31,251 bases of DNA from an uncultured Alphaproteobacteria bacterium (GCA_964012455.1 CAXGSZ010000001.1:1-31251), one strand, 5' to 3'. Positions 18,266-27,710 are shown, numbered from the stretch's first letter. Notes: a model not told the origin generated them from the letters alone. Translations and numbers: made by a program.

Positions 18266-19381
18266 TCAGATGGCACCGACGTCAAAAGCATCGGCAAGGC
18301 CTTCGCCAAATCCGGGTCCTTGATCGGCGCTTTGGATGATGGCGTCGGCATCGATAGTGCCGCGTGCCTCCAGCCGATCACAAAAGAACCGGAATTTTCG
18401 CATTTGTGTGAAGGCAACGCCGAAGCCGAGCGTCAGCAACAAAATGAGAATATTTCCTATCACCAGCCAAATAAGCCCGCCAATTGTCGCATTTAATTCG
18501 AATGCGAGTCTCTCGAACCGTGTGCACTTTGCGAAATGTCGAAGCTCCGCAGCCTTGTAGATACAGAAGGCGGTTCCCGAGACGATACCAAGTACTAAAG
18601 AGCCGACGACTCCGTAGGTCGCCATCGCAGCTCCTGCTTCAGCTATATTCTCGGCGTCCGTCGCAAGCTCGAAACCAGAAGAGAGATGCTTCAACGTCAC
18701 CCCAAAAGTGAGCAGTAGACCCACAAACAGGAACCAACAGATAGCAAATCGTTTATAGAGAGAACCGACAGATCCTTCGAAATGGAATTGACGATCGCCA
18801 AACCAAGTATTGTTCATCATCGTTCCCATCAGCCGCATCCGCATAATCGGATAAACCCAACCAAGCGTAATAATGGTCAACAGGATAAAGGCTATGTACC
18901 GCGCGCTGTACGCGAGCGAAGAGCCGCTCTGGTTGGCCCTGACGCCGCGCCAACGTGTACGGCTCAATCGATAACGCCGCGCGCGATAAATCGCGACGCC
19001 AATCAGGCTCCCAAAAGTAAGGCCAACCGCCAGTCTCAAAACAACTTGTATCGGGTGATCGGGCGGGAAGTAGAGGGTAACGAGTGTATCCGCCGCGGCG
19101 ATCGGCAAGAATATGACGAAAAAAACGAATAGGAACCCTTTAAAGAGCTCACCGCCCGTACCTGTGTATTCTAAGCGGTCGCCAAGCAGGTTGGTGCTAT
19201 CCCAGAGGTAACGGCGTACACGGGTTTTGCTCCAGAATCTGTATAGGCTAAGGGTCAGAACATTCAGCAATGTGTTTAATAGGACGATGGGCAGAAGCTC
19301 ACCAACGCGGCCGTCATGTTCGAATCTGAGTGTTTCGCCACCTTGTATTTTTGGCGCGGTACTCGTTTCTGCATTCGCCAT
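18266..19381 (-). CDS. YjgN/DUF898-family inner membrane protein
   Basis: Start moved to ATG 19381 (371 aa); LTLSLYRFWSKTRVRRYLW, EYTGTGGELF, RYRLSRTRWRGVR, TLGFG, GEGLADAFD. Confidence 0.85.
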   Translation of the reverse strand: MANAETSTAPKIQGGETLRFEHDGRVGELLPIVLLNTLLNVLTLSLYRFWSKTRVRRYLWDSTNLLGDRLEYTGTGGELFKGFLFVFFVIFLPIAAADTLVTLYFPPDHPIQVVLRLAVGLTFGSLIGVAIYRARRYRLSRTRWRGVRANQSGSSLAYSARYIAFILLTIITLGWVYPIMRMRLMGTMMNNTWFGDRQFHFEGSVGSLYKRFAICWFLFVGLLLTFGVTLKHLSSGFELATDAENIAEAGAAMATYGVVGSLVLGIVSGTAFCIYKAAELRHFAKCTRFERLAFELNATIGGLIWLVIGNILILLLTLGFGVAFTQMRKFRFFCDRLEARGTIDADAIIQSADQGPGFGEGLADAFDVGAI

Positions 19382-19478
19382 TCTCTTTGCCCCTTCGGTG
19401 CAATTCACCATAGTTTTAATTTGGAAGAAATTACAATCGACTAAAAATAGTAAAACTTGGAACGTTATGGAGTGGAAA

Positions 19479-19778
19479 ATGCCGTACGCTATTTTTTCCA
19501 TAGACAAACCAGGCACCCTGCAACTTCGAAATGACACGCGGCTGGAACACAGGGAGTTTCTCGCGAGTCAAATGCATTTGCTATTAGCTGCGGGCCCTTT
19601 GATTGAAGACGACGCAGATAACGGCATCGGCAGCGTGACCGTGCTGGACACGGAGGATCGTGCGGTTGCCAAAAAATTTTCGGAATCGGACCCTTATTAC
19701 AAGGTAGGGCTCTACGAGAGCGTTATCATTCGACGCTGGAAGCAGACGATCAGGGATGGCGAACGTATCGCCACCTAA
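19479..19778 (+). CDS. YciI-family protein
   Basis: Start moved to ATG 19479 (SD GGAG), 99 aa; R...R.EH..FL, AGPL, GSV, DPYY..GLY. Confidence 0.85.
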   Translation: MPYAIFSIDKPGTLQLRNDTRLEHREFLASQMHLLLAAGPLIEDDADNGIGSVTVLDTEDRAVAKKFSESDPYYKVGLYESVIIRRWKQTIRDGERIAT

Positions 19779-21472
19779 ACAGCTCGGAGAAAATCGAAAT
19801 CGCACCCGTCCTCCGCCTGAAGGACATGATCCTGATATAGCTTCGCGTAGCCGCGAGGTTCCGCATCGACTGCCTTCCATTGGGTGCGGCGCTCTGCCAG
19901 TTCTTCCTCTGGGACGAGAAGGTCAAATCGACGTTCACTAACCGATAGGCGAATACGGTCTCCGTCGCGAACGAGCGCGAGGGGACCTCCATCTGCGGCC
20001 TCAGGAGAGACGTGCAGGATAATCGTGCCGTAGGCCGTACCACTCATCCGGGCATCCGAAATGCGGACCATATCTTTGAGGCCGGCCTGTGCCAGTTTAC
20101 CGGGTATCGGAAGGTATCCGCATTCGGGCATTCCATATCCGCTTTTCGGCCCAGCATTTTGGAGAACGATAAAGTCCTCCGGTGTGACATCGAGGTCCGG
20201 GTCGTCGATACGTTCTGCCAGGTCAGCCGGCGAGGTAAAGACAATGGCGCGTCCTTCGCTTTCAAAAAGAGCATCGTCGGCGGCCGCCCGTTTGAGGATG
20301 GCGCCATTTGGTGCAAGCGACCCGAATAGAGCCACAAGACCACCGAGTGGGTAGTGCGGCTCGGCAAATGGACGAACAATATCGGGATCGATGTAGCCGA
20401 GGTCCTGCTCCAACCGTTCGCCCAGCGTTTCCCCGGTTACTGCCATGGTGTCGAGATGCAGAAGATGCCTTATCTCGCGCAAAACCGCGCCAAGGCCACC
20501 GCCCGAGAAGAAATCTTCCATGTAATGGTCGCCTGAGGGCTTCAGATTAACGAGCACGGGCGTCTCGTCGCTGATCTCGTTCAGGCGGTCTAGTGAAATA
20601 CGGATACCTGCCCTGCCCGCTATGGCTGTGAGATGAATTATCCCGTTCGTCGATCCCCCGATCGCAAGCAGGACGCGCAAGGCATTCTCAACCGATTTTT
20701 CAGTAACGATCTTGTCGGGGGAGTGGCCGGCGGCGGCGATACGAACCGCCTGTTTGCCCGTCTCCTCGGCGGCGCGCAGGCGATCGGCGTGCACGGCGGG
20801 GATGGCGGCCGTTCCGGGGAGCGCCATGCCCATGGTTTCCGCTATACACGCCATCGTGCTGGCGGTGCCCATAACGGGACATGTTCCCGCGGTTGTTGCG
20901 AGACGCGATTCGACAGCTACAATTTCCTCATCGCCGAGTTCACCCGCGCGGTACATCGCCCAGAACCGTCGGCAATCAGTACAGGCGCCCAGGCGTTCTC
21001 CACCATGCCGTGCCGTCATCATTGGTCCTGTAATTAGCTGAATTGCCGGTCGATTGGCTGACAATGCGCCCATGAGCTGCGCCGGTACCGTCTTGTCGCA
21101 GCCGCCGATGACCACGACCGCATCCATCGGTTGGGCTGTAATCATTTCTTCGGTATCCATCGACATGAGGTTGCGGTACATCATGCTCGTTGGATGCAGA
21201 AAGGTCTCCGCGAGTGAGATCGTCGGGAAGACCATCGGCAGGCCTCCCGCCGCAAGGACGCCGCGCTTCACAGCCTCAATTTGTTCTGGGACGTTTCGAT
21301 GGCAGTTGTTATAGCTACTAGCCGTATCTGCGATCCCAATTATCGGTTTTTCGAGGCTCTCGCCGGAAAACCCCATTGCTTTTGCGAAAGAGCGGCGAAG
21401 GTAAAGCGAAAAGTCCTTGTCGCCATAGTTTGTGAGGCCGCGCGAGAGCCCCTTTCCCGTGTCGTCCACCAT
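19775..21472 (-). CDS. IlvD/Edd-family dehydratase (dihydroxy-acid or sugar-acid dehydratase)
   Basis: Start moved to ATG 21472 (SD GGAG), 565 aa. Fe-S Cys candidates in NNCH, GGCDKT and GTCPVMGTA; also GGSTN and SDARMSGT. Confidence 0.88.
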   Translation of the reverse strand: MVDDTGKGLSRGLTNYGDKDFSLYLRRSFAKAMGFSGESLEKPIIGIADTASSYNNCHRNVPEQIEAVKRGVLAAGGLPMVFPTISLAETFLHPTSMMYRNLMSMDTEEMITAQPMDAVVVIGGCDKTVPAQLMGALSANRPAIQLITGPMMTARHGGERLGACTDCRRFWAMYRAGELGDEEIVAVESRLATTAGTCPVMGTASTMACIAETMGMALPGTAAIPAVHADRLRAAEETGKQAVRIAAAGHSPDKIVTEKSVENALRVLLAIGGSTNGIIHLTAIAGRAGIRISLDRLNEISDETPVLVNLKPSGDHYMEDFFSGGGLGAVLREIRHLLHLDTMAVTGETLGERLEQDLGYIDPDIVRPFAEPHYPLGGLVALFGSLAPNGAILKRAAADDALFESEGRAIVFTSPADLAERIDDPDLDVTPEDFIVLQNAGPKSGYGMPECGYLPIPGKLAQAGLKDMVRISDARMSGTAYGTIILHVSPEAADGGPLALVRDGDRIRLSVSERRFDLLVPEEELAERRTQWKAVDAEPRGYAKLYQDHVLQAEDGCDFDFLRAV

Positions 21473-21496
21473 TTGCTTCTCCCAGGGCACTATCGC

Positions 21497-23113
21497 TTAA
21501 GCAGTTTGTTCCTTCGTCTTTAGGAATTGTATATCTGGCCATTCCTTCTCAGCCGTATCCAGATGCCACGCGTTACGCGCAAGAAAGACCGGCGCACCAT
21601 CGTGATCCTCAGCGATAGCGGACGGTCCGGAATCGCGGAATTTCTTAATTTCCCTTGCGTCGCCGCACTCGAGCCAGCGCGCGGTATGCAATGACGTTGC
21701 TTCGAAACGGACCGGTATCTCGTATTCCGTCCGAATGCGATCTGCCAGGACATCGAATTGCAATGAACCGACGACACCGACAATCCAATCGGTCTCCATG
21801 ACTGGCTTGAAAACACGGGCGGCCCCTTCTTCTGCAATCTGAAGGAGGGCACGACCCAAGTGTTTTGCTTTCAATGGATCTTCAGGCCGCACCTTACGCA
21901 TCAATTCGGGTGCGAAACTCGGTATGCCTGTGAAGGACATTTCCTCGCCCTCTGTGAGGGCATCACCGATTCTCAAGTTACCATGATTGGGAATTCCGAT
22001 AATGTCACCCGCCCAGGCCTCTTCCGCCAATTCCCGGTCCTGTGCCAAGAAGAGAAGTGGATTGTGGGCGGTGAGCATCTTGCCACTCCGAACGTGCTTC
22101 AGTTTCATGCCGCGTCGGAACTTTCCGGAGCACAATCGGACGAAGGCGATGCGGTCGCGATGCTTCGCGTCCATGTTCGCCTGAACCTTGAAAACGAACC
22201 CGCTGACCTTCTTTTCATCGGGAGCAATTTCGCGTGCCGCGGTGGATTGTGGGCGTGGAGATGGCGCGTAAGTGCCAATTCCGTCGAGTAATTCGCGAAC
22301 GCCGAAGTTATTGATGGCACTCCCGAAATAGACTGGAGTTAGAGAACCCTCACGGTATGCATTGAGATCGAAATCGGGACAAAGGCCGCGCGCCATTTCA
22401 ACTTCTTCCCGGAGTTTGCCGACCACGTCTGCCGGCAAGAGTTCGTCAAGCTTCGGATCGTCCAGGCCTTCACAGGGCACACCGTCGTCGATTGTCTCTC
22501 CCTTGCTGCGTTCGGTAAGAAGCAGCCGGTCCCGCAGGATGTCGTAACAACCAAGGAAGTTGCGGCCCATGCCGATCGGCCACGATGCGGGCGTCACATC
22601 GAGGGCTAGCGTTTGCTCGATTTCGTCCATAAGGTCGAATGGGTCGAGTGCCTCTCGGTCCATTTTGTTGATAAAGGTGACGATGGGTACATCGCGAAGG
22701 CGGCACACTTCGAAGAGTTTGCGTGTCTGTTCCTGAATGCCGCGCGCGGCGTCCAAAACCATAACGGCGGAATCTACCGCGGTTAGCGTCCGGTAGGTGT
22801 CTTCGCTGAAGTCTTCGTGGCCCGGTGTGTCGAGGAGGTTGAAGGTGCGTTCTTCATAATCGAATGTCATTACCGAAACGGTAACCGAGATGCCTCGCTC
22901 TTTCTCGACCTTCATCCAGTCGGAGTGCGCGCGCCGGCGATCGCCACGCGCCTTAACTGCGCCCGCGAGTTGGATTGCGCCGCCGAAGAGAAGCAGTTTT
23001 TCCGTCAGCGTTGTCTTGCCGGCATCCGGATGAGAAATGATAGCGAAGGTCCGACGACGCGTAACCGGGTGTTCCGCGGCGCTTTCTCCTGTCTCCGGGA
23101 GCGCAGAAGCCAT
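21497..23113 (-). CDS. prfC: Peptide chain release factor 3
   Basis: ATG 23113 (SD GGAGA), 538 aa; RRRTFAIISHPDAGKTTLTEK, DTPGHEDFSEDTYR, NKMD, FKVQANMD..HRDRIAF, VG.LQFDV. Confidence 0.96.
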   Translation of the reverse strand: MASALPETGESAAEHPVTRRRTFAIISHPDAGKTTLTEKLLLFGGAIQLAGAVKARGDRRRAHSDWMKVEKERGISVTVSVMTFDYEERTFNLLDTPGHEDFSEDTYRTLTAVDSAVMVLDAARGIQEQTRKLFEVCRLRDVPIVTFINKMDREALDPFDLMDEIEQTLALDVTPASWPIGMGRNFLGCYDILRDRLLLTERSKGETIDDGVPCEGLDDPKLDELLPADVVGKLREEVEMARGLCPDFDLNAYREGSLTPVYFGSAINNFGVRELLDGIGTYAPSPRPQSTAAREIAPDEKKVSGFVFKVQANMDAKHRDRIAFVRLCSGKFRRGMKLKHVRSGKMLTAHNPLLFLAQDRELAEEAWAGDIIGIPNHGNLRIGDALTEGEEMSFTGIPSFAPELMRKVRPEDPLKAKHLGRALLQIAEEGAARVFKPVMETDWIVGVVGSLQFDVLADRIRTEYEIPVRFEATSLHTARWLECGDAREIKKFRDSGPSAIAEDHDGAPVFLARNAWHLDTAEKEWPDIQFLKTKEQTA

Positions 23114-23171
23114 GTGCAATTCTCCGTTGTCGTAAGCTCCGCTATAGGAGCAGAATGTTATATTCGCAATT

Positions 23172-23197
23172 AAGAGGGCGCCTTAAGGGCGCTTTTT
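23172..23197 (+). other. Terminator-like hairpin directly upstream of the TraR/DksA-family gene
   Basis: AAGAGGGCGCC-TTAAG-GGCGCTTTTT: five Watson-Crick G-C pairs extended by G-U and A-U pairs; ends 10 nt before ATG 23208. Confidence 0.4.
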
Positions 23198-23207
23198 AAA
23201 CGGATCA

Positions 23208-23552
23208 ATGAGTGACCGCAAAGACATAGATCTCGATGCGCTTAAGACGCAAATGATCGAGCGCAGGGCTGAGCTGGAGCGACTGGTCGAAGCGCACCAT
23301 AACGATACGCGCCCGGTTGTGCTCGATCAGACAACGGTAGGCCGGATCTCGCGTATGGACGATTTGCAAACGCAGGCAATGTCCCTGGAGACTGAACGCC
23401 GTCGCAAGGACGAGATGCAGCGCATCAATGCTGCTTTGTTGCGCATCGACAATGGCGATTACGGCTATTGCCTCACGTGCGGCGATGATATCGAAAAGAA
23501 GCGCATCGAATTGGATCCGGCTATCCCTACCTGTATCGATTGCGCGAAATAG
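23208..23552 (+). CDS. TraR/DksA-family C4 zinc-finger protein (not canonical DksA)
   Basis: 114 aa; helical N-terminal region, AL.RI..GDYGYCLTCG..I...R...P....CIDC; the tip reads VGRISRMDD rather than DxxDxA. Confidence 0.85.
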   Translation: MSDRKDIDLDALKTQMIERRAELERLVEAHHNDTRPVVLDQTTVGRISRMDDLQTQAMSLETERRRKDEMQRINAALLRIDNGDYGYCLTCGDDIEKKRIELDPAIPTCIDCAK

Positions 23553-23631
23553 TCCTGTCCAATAATTGCGGTCTGTTGTGAAGCCTTATAGGCTGCCACT
23601 GGTTCACTGAATCAACACAAACGGAGATTTA

Positions 23632-24384
23632 ATGAAGACGGCCCTGGTGACGGGTGGGGCGATCCGGATCGGCGCTGCCATTGTCAGGGCGCTGACGGCC
23701 GATTGCTGGCGCGTTATTGCTCATTACAACGGTTCGAGCATGGCCGCTGAGGCTTTGGCCGCCCAATTGAACGAATGTGGCGGGCAGGTCGAAACGATAC
23801 GGTGCGACCTTTCCGACCTAAAGGCGACGGAGCGTTTGATACCGGATTGTGTGGCGCTCGCGGGGCCGATCGATTGTCTGATAAACAATGCGTCACTGTT
23901 CGAGCCGGACTGGCTAACGAACTTGGATGCGGCGCGATGGCAGCGGCAGTTGGACGTCAATCTGCGGGCGCCCGCGCTTCTTACGAAAGCCTTTGCGGAA
24001 GCATTGCCCGATAACCGGGAGGGATGCATCATAAATATGTTGGACAACAAAGTCTTCAGTCCGAATCCGGACTATTTCTCATACTCGATCGGCAAATTTG
24101 GTTTGAAGGGATTGACGGAAATGGCCGCTATGGCACTGGGGCCGCGTATCCGCGTCTGTGGCATCGCGCCGGGGCTGACGACGCTTAGCGGAGACCAAAC
24201 GGAAGCGGACTTCGAGCAGCAGAGCCGTATCAATCTACTGGAAAAGCCCAGTGCGCCGGATGAAATCGCGAAGGCCGTCCGATTTATTCTTTCGTCTAAA
24301 GTTTATAACGGGCAGATACTCGTTCTGGATGGTGGTCAATCCTTGATGCGCCTGCCGCGGGATGTGGCCTTTCTTGATGAGTAG
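23632..24384 (+). CDS. Short-chain dehydrogenase, pteridine-reductase-like
   Basis: 250 aa; TGGAIRIG, LINNAS, YxxxK (YSIGK), IAPG, DGGQ; adjacent to folB. Confidence 0.85.
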   Translation: MKTALVTGGAIRIGAAIVRALTADCWRVIAHYNGSSMAAEALAAQLNECGGQVETIRCDLSDLKATERLIPDCVALAGPIDCLINNASLFEPDWLTNLDAARWQRQLDVNLRAPALLTKAFAEALPDNREGCIINMLDNKVFSPNPDYFSYSIGKFGLKGLTEMAAMALGPRIRVCGIAPGLTTLSGDQTEADFEQQSRINLLEKPSAPDEIAKAVRFILSSKVYNGQILVLDGGQSLMRLPRDVAFLDE

Positions 24385-24400
24385 TTCGCAAGGATTAAAC

Positions 24401-24775
24401 ATGAACCGGCGGATTTTCTTACGGGACTATGAGGTGGTCGCCTCGATCGGTATTCACGAATTCGAAAGGCAGAATCCCCAACGCATAATAATCGATGTGG
24501 CATTAGAGATTGCGGAAGGTGCCAGCCCCGGCAAAGGCCAAGATAGAATTGAAACGGTTCTCGATTATGACTTCTTGCGCGAACGCATTCGTAGCATCGT
24601 TGGGGATCGGCACTTTAACCTACAGGAAACCTTGTGTGCCGAAATTTTGGAGTTGTGTCTAGCGCCCGACGAAGTCTTAGGTGCCCGGGTGTCGACGCGA
24701 AAGCCGGATGTCTATCCCGATTGCGACAGTGTCGGCGTTGAAATGGAAGTTCGAAAGGAAACATTTGACCTGTGA
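24401..24775 (+). CDS. folB: Dihydroneopterin aldolase
   Basis: Start moved to ATG 24401 (SD AGGA), 124 aa; IG.HEFE...PQR, LDYD, HFNLQETL, RKPDVY. Confidence 0.85.
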   Translation: MNRRIFLRDYEVVASIGIHEFERQNPQRIIIDVALEIAEGASPGKGQDRIETVLDYDFLRERIRSIVGDRHFNLQETLCAEILELCLAPDEVLGARVSTRKPDVYPDCDSVGVEMEVRKETFDL

Positions 24776-24889
24776 TAGGAATGCGGGGCGCGCGTATCGA
24801 ATTATAGCAGAGACCGGATTTGTAGGCCTTGTCGCTTTCCGGATATCGTCAAACATGAATGTAAGACAGTGAGATAGGGGAGATAGGTA

Positions 24890-25768
24890 ATGCCGAATGC
24901 GGTGGCTGATGACGGTGTAAAGCTTTATTTCGAGGAAGCAGGGGAAGGGACGCCCATTCTGTTCATTCATGAGTTTGCCGACGACCTTCGGACGTGGGAG
25001 CCCCAATTCAACTATTTCTCCCGTAATTATCGCTGCATTGCATATAACGCCCGCGGGTATCCGCCTTCAGAGGTGCCCGAAAGTTCTGATTCTTATTCAC
25101 AATTGCGAGCGGCGCAGGACGCGCGCGATGTGTTGAAGCATCTGGGTATCGAAAAAGCCCACATCATTGGCCTGTCGATGGGCGGGTTTGCCTCATTGCA
25201 CTTCGGTTTGAATTTCCCCGGAATGGCCCACTCGCTCGTGGTAGCGGGATGCGGGTATGGTGCCGGCGGCGACCGCGATCAATGGCGCAAAGAAACTGCT
25301 GAGATTGCCCAAAGATTCGTCGACCAGGGAATGGAAGCGGTGAGCCAGTTTTATGCCTATGGTCCGACCCGGGTCCAGTTAGAGAACAAGGACCCGCGCG
25401 GATTTGCGGCATTCGTGAGCCGGTTCAACGAACATTCGCCACTTGGATGCGCGAATACATTCATTGGCGTACAGGGTGAGCGTCCATCGCTTTATGAGCT
25501 GCAGGACGAAATGCGGAAACTGACTGTGCCGACCTACATCATGACCGGTGACGAGGATGAACCCTGTCTTGATCCCAATCTGATGATGAAGCGCGCGATA
25601 CCTACTTCATGGCTGGCTGTTTTGCCGAATGCGGGTCATGCAATCAATCTCGAGGATCCGGAACTATTCAACGGTCTGATACAGCGTTTCCTGACCGCTG
25701 TTGATACAGGTACCTTCAAGGCGCGCGATCCACGCTCTATCGGCCAGTCGATGTCTGGCTTGAAGTGA
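24890..25768 (+). CDS. Alpha/beta-fold hydrolase
   Basis: 292 aa; GLSMG nucleophile elbow, GDED acid, GHAINLE His; FIHEF at the oxyanion-loop position. Confidence 0.87.
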   Translation: MPNAVADDGVKLYFEEAGEGTPILFIHEFADDLRTWEPQFNYFSRNYRCIAYNARGYPPSEVPESSDSYSQLRAAQDARDVLKHLGIEKAHIIGLSMGGFASLHFGLNFPGMAHSLVVAGCGYGAGGDRDQWRKETAEIAQRFVDQGMEAVSQFYAYGPTRVQLENKDPRGFAAFVSRFNEHSPLGCANTFIGVQGERPSLYELQDEMRKLTVPTYIMTGDEDEPCLDPNLMMKRAIPTSWLAVLPNAGHAINLEDPELFNGLIQRFLTAVDTGTFKARDPRSIGQSMSGLK

Positions 25769-25776
25769 CGACGCGT

Positions 25777-26400
25777 CTAGTCGGCAAAGTGGTTCTCGAG
25801 TACGCGGGCTACCGCGGGACGTTTTTCAATGGTTTCGAATTGCGCTTTGACCTTAGGGAAACGAGAAATGTCGACGTGGTCGCGCTCTAGCCAGCGGGAG
25901 ACTGTGTAGAGGTACATATCGCAGATGCTGTAGGTATCACCGAGAACCCAGTGACCTTTCAGATAATTTTTTTCGATAAGCGTGAAACAATCACCGACTG
26001 TCTGCGGCACTTTCTGACGCATATCGTCAAAGGATGTTTCCTGGTCGGCCCAGCGATGACCCCGACCACCGTGCGCGTGTGCGACGTGCACCGTGGCGCA
26101 CAGATAACTGTTGAATGCCTGCGCTTGCGCAAGCGCCCAGGGATCGTTGATGGGGGCTAGGCTGGACGCTGGGTATGTCTGGCTGATGAAGACGAGAATG
26201 GCCGGTGTCTCGGTCAGAGTGCCTTTGTCTGTGACCAGAGCTGGTACACGCCCTTTTGGATTAATTGCAAGAAAGTCTGGCTTTTTCTGTTCATCCCATC
26301 CGAAGTCGATCCGGACAGCTTCGTAATCCGCTCCCGCCTCCTCCAAAGCAATGTGCGACGCCAGGGCACAAGACCCTGGCGAGTAGTACAATTTGATCAT
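25777..26400 (-). CDS. Glutathione S-transferase family protein
   Basis: 207 aa; YSPGSCALASHIALEE, INPKGRVPAL, LTETPAI, YSICDMYL. Confidence 0.9.
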   Translation of the reverse strand: MIKLYYSPGSCALASHIALEEAGADYEAVRIDFGWDEQKKPDFLAINPKGRVPALVTDKGTLTETPAILVFISQTYPASSLAPINDPWALAQAQAFNSYLCATVHVAHAHGGRGHRWADQETSFDDMRQKVPQTVGDCFTLIEKNYLKGHWVLGDTYSICDMYLYTVSRWLERDHVDISRFPKVKAQFETIEKRPAVARVLENHFAD

Positions 26401-26428
26401 GGATCGTCTCCGAAGTGAGTGAGCGGCT

Positions 26429-27625
26429 TCAAAAAGTGAGTGCCCGTTCGATATCGGAAATTAGATCGCTGACATCCTCGAGGCCAATTGAAAAGCGGAC
26501 CATGCTTTCGGTGATACCGAGGCGGGTGCGCTCTTCATCTTCGATTCGTTGGTGCGTCGTCGTCGCCGGATGGGTGACCAGGCTCTTCGAGTCGCCGAGA
26601 TTATTTGAAATATTTGCCAGTTCGAGTGCGTTCATGAAACGGAATGCCGTTTGCTTACCGCCGTCGAACTCGAACGTCACGACGGTCCCGCCGTCTCGCA
26701 TCTGCTGTTTAGCCAAGGCATGGTCCGGATGATCTGCCAATCCCGGGTAGTGAACCTTAGTGATCCTCGGGTGATTCATGAGGAATACCGCGATCTGATG
26801 GGCGCTTTTGGATTGACGCTCTACTCGCAAATCCAGTGTCTCCAGGCCTTTCAACATAAGCCAGGCATTGAAAGGGCTGAGAGACGGGCCAGTATGCCGC
26901 AGGATGTTCGAGAGCTTTTCTTCAACGATTTCACGTTCACCGAGAATCGCGCCTCCTAGGCTCCGTCCCTGACCATCGATATGCTTGGTCGCAGAATAGA
27001 TAACCACGTCGGCACCGAGCGCCAACGGCTTTTGCACGACTGGTGATGCCAACGCATTGTCGACGACGAGTTTCCCGCCGGCGGCATGGGTTAGTTCAGC
27101 GACTCTCTTAATGTCGATGATCTCAAGCGTCGGGTTGGAGGGGCTCTCAAAAAACGTGACGGTCACGTCGCCACCTATGGCGGCTTCCCATTGATCGTAA
27201 TCGGTCCCATCAACAAATTGCGTTTCCACCCCGAAGCGCGGCAACAGCTCGCTAATAATGTAGTTACAAGAGCCGAAAAGCGCGCGTGATGCGACGAGTT
27301 TGTCCCCGGCGGATAGCTGGCAGACGAGAGCCGCATGTAAAGCCGCCATTCCAGTCGCTGTGGCGCGACACGTATCCGCTCCTTCGAGGAGGCGGAGTCG
27401 CTCTTCAAAGGTGGCTACGGTCGGGTTGCCATAACGCCCATAAATATAGCGTTTCCGGTCGCCTTTGAAGGCGGCTTCCGCTTCCTCGGCGGTGTCGTAA
27501 ACGAAACCGGAGGTCAGATAGAGCGCCTCGCATGTTTCTTGATGCGGTGAGCGTTCAAGGCCACCACGGACAAGTGCGGTCTGAGGTTGCCAATCCTGTG
27601 CAATAAAATCATATGATCCGTCCAT
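26429..27625 (-). CDS. metZ: O-succinylhomoserine sulfhydrylase
   Basis: 398 aa; EALYLTSGFVY, YGRYGNPT, ESPSNP, PLP-Lys motif YSATKHIDGQGR, NNLGDSKS..THPATTTH; SAM riboswitch upstream. Confidence 0.93.
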   Translation of the reverse strand: MDGSYDFIAQDWQPQTALVRGGLERSPHQETCEALYLTSGFVYDTAEEAEAAFKGDRKRYIYGRYGNPTVATFEERLRLLEGADTCRATATGMAALHAALVCQLSAGDKLVASRALFGSCNYIISELLPRFGVETQFVDGTDYDQWEAAIGGDVTVTFFESPSNPTLEIIDIKRVAELTHAAGGKLVVDNALASPVVQKPLALGADVVIYSATKHIDGQGRSLGGAILGEREIVEEKLSNILRHTGPSLSPFNAWLMLKGLETLDLRVERQSKSAHQIAVFLMNHPRITKVHYPGLADHPDHALAKQQMRDGGTVVTFEFDGGKQTAFRFMNALELANISNNLGDSKSLVTHPATTTHQRIEDEERTRLGITESMVRFSIGLEDVSDLISDIERALTF

Positions 27626-27667
27626 TTCATTCTCCTAAGTGTCCGGACGGTCGGTGCGCCGCAAATG

Positions 27668-27686
27668 AAAATCCCCCAACCGGGAG
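27668..27686 (-). terminator. Weak hairpin plus T-run in the metZ leader (candidate riboswitch-controlled terminator)
   Basis: Minus strand: CTCCC-GGTT-GGGGG followed by ATTTTCATTT. The stem is only 5 bp with one G-U pair. Confidence 0.35.
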
Positions 27687-27710
27687 GGGTCAGGGGCTCT
27701 TGCGAACACT

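Noticed and set aside
8759-23626. Shared 12-mer ACACAAACGGAG before the CMD gene (minus, about 8759-8770) and the SDR gene (plus, about 23615-23626); similar ACAACGGAG before prfC
   Set aside because: It is an A/C-rich enhancer plus Shine-Dalgarno sequence, and 12-mer matches are expected by chance many times in 31 kb. There is no evidence of a shared regulator.
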